Assembly (NCBI GenBank): GCA_000934665.2
Contig: JYFJ02001452.1
Coordinates: forward strand, 1 to 64,000
Source of the DNA: Catajapyx aquilonaris
Taxonomy: Eukaryota
DNA: 64,000 bases
Reading direction: 5' to 3'
Made by a program: the position numbers and the translations under genes. Each line of letters begins with the position of its first letter. Position 1 is the stretch's first letter. The notes beneath the pieces are model-generated. The model saw only the letters and a program-made list of their open reading frames with translations. It had not been told where the DNA came from and did no database searches. Of this stretch, positions 62,945-64,000 are shown piece by piece.

Positions 62945-64000
62945 CTGGTCATAGATTCAGACAGTTAGTTAACAAATTCTGATACCCCGAGCACTCCTAG
63001 GACGCAATTGCCTCACTTCATCTTTCCATTTTTCAAAAAAATTATTAGCTCAAAGTTTGCTCCGTATTTATATTATTCCAGAGGCAAAGATTCCTGGAGC
63101 GCTGAACAACAACGACTACGAAAAGACATCCAGGATGCAAGAGTAATTATAAAATAACCGAGTGATAGATGTAACAAGTTAATTGTAAAAACCGCGGCCA
63201 GACAGAAACGCACAAGGCGACAGAAAATAGCGACATCCATTTTCTCTGTGATTTGTGTGTTTGCAACCGCTTTTTGGTTATTATATCTCCCCCGAAGATT
63301 GATGTGCAGTATACTTCAGTGCAACTGATACGATCCGTACCTTTCCGCATCTATAATGGAAACACACAACCCACAGAGGGCAAAAAACATAATAATCCCA
63401 CAGACTGTAAAACAAAAAGGCCAGAAAAAAATATAGTAGCAAAATTTTTTCCATATACCGATCATTTTTTATATCACAAAAGTCACCCAGTTATAAAAAC
63501 TAAATCTATCTAAAACACGTCAGGTCTACAGCTACACAAATCGTTTAGATGTGTTTTCAGTTTGTGAAATGTTTAAAAAGCACATGTATACAATGCAGTC
63601 TATATGCTAGTTAACATTTACCTCAGGCAATTGCTTTCAGCAATTGCTTGAATTACCCATTTACAAACAAAAACATCTTAAAACAATCAACTCCGTTTGT
63701 AAAAGGTAATTTTGCTAGATGCCTACACAAAACCCCAAAATGCTTTTTGGTTGAAAAAACTCAAAAGTTAATGCAGTACTGCTTCCCTCACATTGTACCG
63801 CAAAACCAAAAAACAACAACGCGATAACTCAAAAATTTAAAAATAAACGAATGACCGGTTTTCGTCAGGCCCAAAAACTGATGAAAGCCACGGTAGAGAA
63901 AGAAAGCAAACTGCAACAGTCGCCTCCTCAGAACTGATCAGAAACCTAAATCAGAAACCGATACAGGCCTGTTTATGTAACAATGCAATCCCTGACATTT

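Noticed and set aside
62945..64000. Exon 3 or 3a/3b (DEKNQ... motif)
   Set aside because: Not found; it must lie beyond the window end.

Overview
Eukaryotic genomic DNA, almost certainly arthropod. The only protein-coding gene I can support is the 3' part of a minus-strand nicotinic acetylcholine receptor alpha subunit of the alpha7 class (insect alpha5/alpha6/alpha7 group). It runs from exon 4 (62944) to the stop codon (38804); exons 1-3 lie beyond the window. The ORF track hides its main feature, two adjacent clusters of tandem alternative exons. (i) Two intact 195-nt copies of exon 7 (loop C, TM1 and the selectivity-filter loop) are separated by a 231-nt intron almost devoid of AG. (ii) Four intact copies of exon 8 (pore-lining TM2 and the M2-M3 loop) are followed by a fifth, decayed copy. 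This gives up to 8 in-frame combinations. From recalled sequences, the variants look like a mosaic of what insects split between their alpha6 and alpha5/alpha7 genes. Several intronic hairpins lie within the cluster. Bases 1-38800 contain no recognisable coding sequence, only MITE-like elements, microsatellites and small dispersed palindromic motifs. Exon labels 7A/7B and 8-1 to 8-5 are mine, in transcription order.
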